This document shows positions 61,276-64,000 of a DNA stretch of 64,000 nucleotides, piece by piece. Each line of letters begins with the position of its first letter. The first letter of the stretch is position 1. The DNA is from Eledone cirrhosa. Its lineage: Eukaryota. The stretch is from the NCBI GenBank assembly GCA_964016885.1, contig OZ024748.1, forward strand, positions 3,224,001 to 3,288,000. Reading direction: 5' to 3'. The position numbers and the translations under genes were made by a program. The notes under the pieces were generated by a model. That model did not search any database. It was not told the origin of the DNA and saw nothing but the letters and a program-made list of their open reading frames with translations.

Positions 61276-62614
61276 TGTATGTATGTATGTATGTATGTAT
61301 GTGTGTGTGTGTGTAATTAGCCCATACTGGTGCCATGACAGAAAGCACCCAGTCCACTGTGTAAGGTGGTAGTGCTTGTTGTTTGTGCCATGTCAAAAAG
61401 CACCCAGTCCATCCTGTAAGGTCATTGTGCTGATACCACAGATAAATAGCTCCCAGTACAGTCTGTAAAATGGTTGTCACTAGGAAGGGCATCCAGCTGT
61501 GGAAACCATGTCAAAATATGGAGGAGCTGATTACCAGACCTTCGCTAACTTCATAAATGCAAGAACCTGTCAAACCCATGCAAGCCTAGAAACTAGACAT
61601 TAAACAATGATGATGGTGATCATGATGATGATGACTCAGGAACATTATTGAACTTTCTACAAAATAAGAATAAATGTCCCCCTTACCTTCCCCCTCCCCC
61701 ACACTCCTGTGTTGATGTTGTTGATGATGATGATGTTGTTGTTAATGGCTTAATAAGGGAAGGGAAGGGAGAGGGTTGACTCATTCTATTGACTACAACA
61801 AACGGCTAACATTGTGTAAGAAATTAATATTTCAACATCCCAATTCTCCCTCCACCCCTCTCTCCCTTCTCACCACATTCATTGCTCTCTGGTCATCTTC
61901 CTCTTATAATTTAATATCCTGTCATCATTCGCTGCTTACACTCCCTCCCCTTCTCTCTCAGTTTGGATCAACACCCACCAGCCCCCACCCCTGTTAATTG
62001 CTGCTACTCCAACTGTGTAAGGTTTGTGCTGCTAATTTTATACAGCAAAAAATGTATCACATTATACATATAACATACATGCATATGACACACACACATA
62101 TTTATATATATATATATATATACACACAGACACACGCACCAACCACTGGATACCACATCTAAGATGGATGACTTGCAAAACATTGAGTGCTTTGATTAAT
62201 TTGTTACATCATGGTTTACCAACCAGAACTACTAGTTCTGCTCATTGGTAAACAAACTAACTTAAATGGTATGTGTATCTCACAGCTAGTAGACCAAACA
62301 TTGAGTGCTTTGATTAATTTGTTACATCATGGTTTACCAACCAGAACTACTAGTTCTGCTCATTGGTAAACAAACTAGCTTAAATGGTATTTGTATCTCA
62401 CAGCTAGTAGACCAAGCTCAAAATTCCTGTACTACAAATACAAGCAGCTCAATCTCAAAGCTAAGAACACCAAGCTCAATGTCATAGTCAATACACCAAG
62501 CTCAAATTCCTGTACCCCAAATACAAGCAGTGTACTGTGGTTGAGTGTGTGTGTGTGTGTGTGTTCAGTTTAAGGTGAAACAACTTCCACAGAAATCTCT
62601 ACTATGTTTAGTAA

Positions 62615-63636
62615 CTGTTTAATATATCTGTACTATGTAGAAATATCTAATGATATCCAGGCTCAAATGTTAATATATTCTGTAATATGTAGCAATATCT
62701 AATGATATCCAGGCTCAAATGTTAATATATCTGTAGTATGTAGCAATATCTAATGATATCCAAGCTCAAATGTTAATATATCTGTAGTATGTAGCAATAT
62801 CTAATGATATCCAAGCTCAAATGTTAATATATTCTGTACTATGTAGCAATATCTAATGATATCCAAGCTCAAATGTTAATATATTCTGTACTATGTAGGA
62901 ATATCTAATGATATCCAGGCTCAAATGTTAATATATTCTGTACTATGTAGCAATATCTAATGATATCCAGCCTCAAATGTTAATATATCTGTAGTATGTA
63001 GAAATATCTAATGATATCCAGTCTCAAATGTTAATATATCTGTAGTATGTAGCAATATCTAATGATATCCAGGCTCAAATGTTAATATAACTGTAGTATG
63101 TAGCAATATCTAATGATATCCAGGCTCATATATTAATATATCTGTAGTATGTAGCAATATCTAATGATATCCAGGCTCATATATTAATATATCTGTAGTA
63201 TGTAGCAATATCTAATGATATCCAGGCTCAAATGTTAATATATCTGTAGTATGTAGCAATATCTAATGATATCCAGGCTCATATATTAATATATCTGTAG
63301 TATGTAGCAATATCTAATGATATCTAGGCTCATATATTAATATATCTGTAGTATGTAGCAATATCTAATGATATCCAGGCTCATATATTAATATATCTGT
63401 ATTATGTAACAATATTTAATGATATCCAGGCTCATATATTAATATATCTGTAGTATGTAGCAATATCTAATGATATCTAGGCTCATATATTAATATATCT
63501 GTAGTATGTAGCAATATCTAATGATATCCAGGCTCATATATTAATATATCTGTATTATGTAACAATATTTAATGATATCCAGACTCATATATTAATATAT
63601 CTGTATTATGTAACAATATTTAATGATATCCAAGCT
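62615..63636. repeat. 51/52 bp minisatellite, ~20 copies
   Basis: Unit AATATCTAATGATATCCAGGCTCAAATGTTAATATATCTGTAGTATGTAGC. Confidence 0.96.
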
Positions 63637-64000
63637 CCTATTTCATTACATTTTTCTCCTTTTTAACCATCTTAATCCTACAAATGTAATAAAGAAAAAA
63701 TGATCCCAACTTTCATCTCAAACGTACATTCTATTAGTATTATCTTTATTATTACTATTTTCATTTCAACAAAGATACATCTGATGATGATGAGGTCACA
63801 AACACAGACAGGAGAGGAAATATAGAAGAAAAAAAAATGAAAACAAATGAAAAGAAAAAAACCCCGCACAGACACAAAAATATGGACCACAATAAAAACA
63901 AAACAAAAACAATAAAAAGCAAGAACAAAAGTCTTTCAAAAACCATAGCAGCAATTAAAAAATAATATATGTATACACACACATTATATACATATATATA

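Overview
Eukaryotic, AT-rich, microsatellite-dense genomic DNA. The repeat families (RTE LINEs with (TGA)n tails, tRNA-derived SINEs, Penelope, Helitron) suggest a coleoid cephalopod, probably an octopod; that taxonomic call is inference. Two convergent intron-rich genes were traced by hand with GT-AG boundaries and continuous reading phase. On + is the 3' part of a TAX1BP1/CALCOCO-like autophagy receptor (7 exons, 80-8958, 447 aa, two C-terminal zinc fingers). On - is the 3' part of BAZ2B/toutatis (23 exons, 52727-28136, 1303 aa; DDT, WHIM1-3, two PHD fingers, bromodomain). Between them (about 11-27 kb) lies a mosaic: decayed CRE-clade retrotransposon pieces, a 7.5 kb block bounded by diverged ~400 bp inverted repeats, two homologous CpG-rich patches, a deleted Penelope element with a ~420 bp palindrome, and two tandem RTE LINEs (one with ~900 uninterrupted codons). 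All retroelement coding remnants in that interval are on the - strand. Introns hold SINEs, TTAA and Tc1-type MITEs, a Helitron, fold-back hairpins and several minisatellites, two of them SINE-derived. Most ORFs in the supplied track are microsatellite artefacts. No rRNA, bona fide tRNA or CRISPR array was seen.
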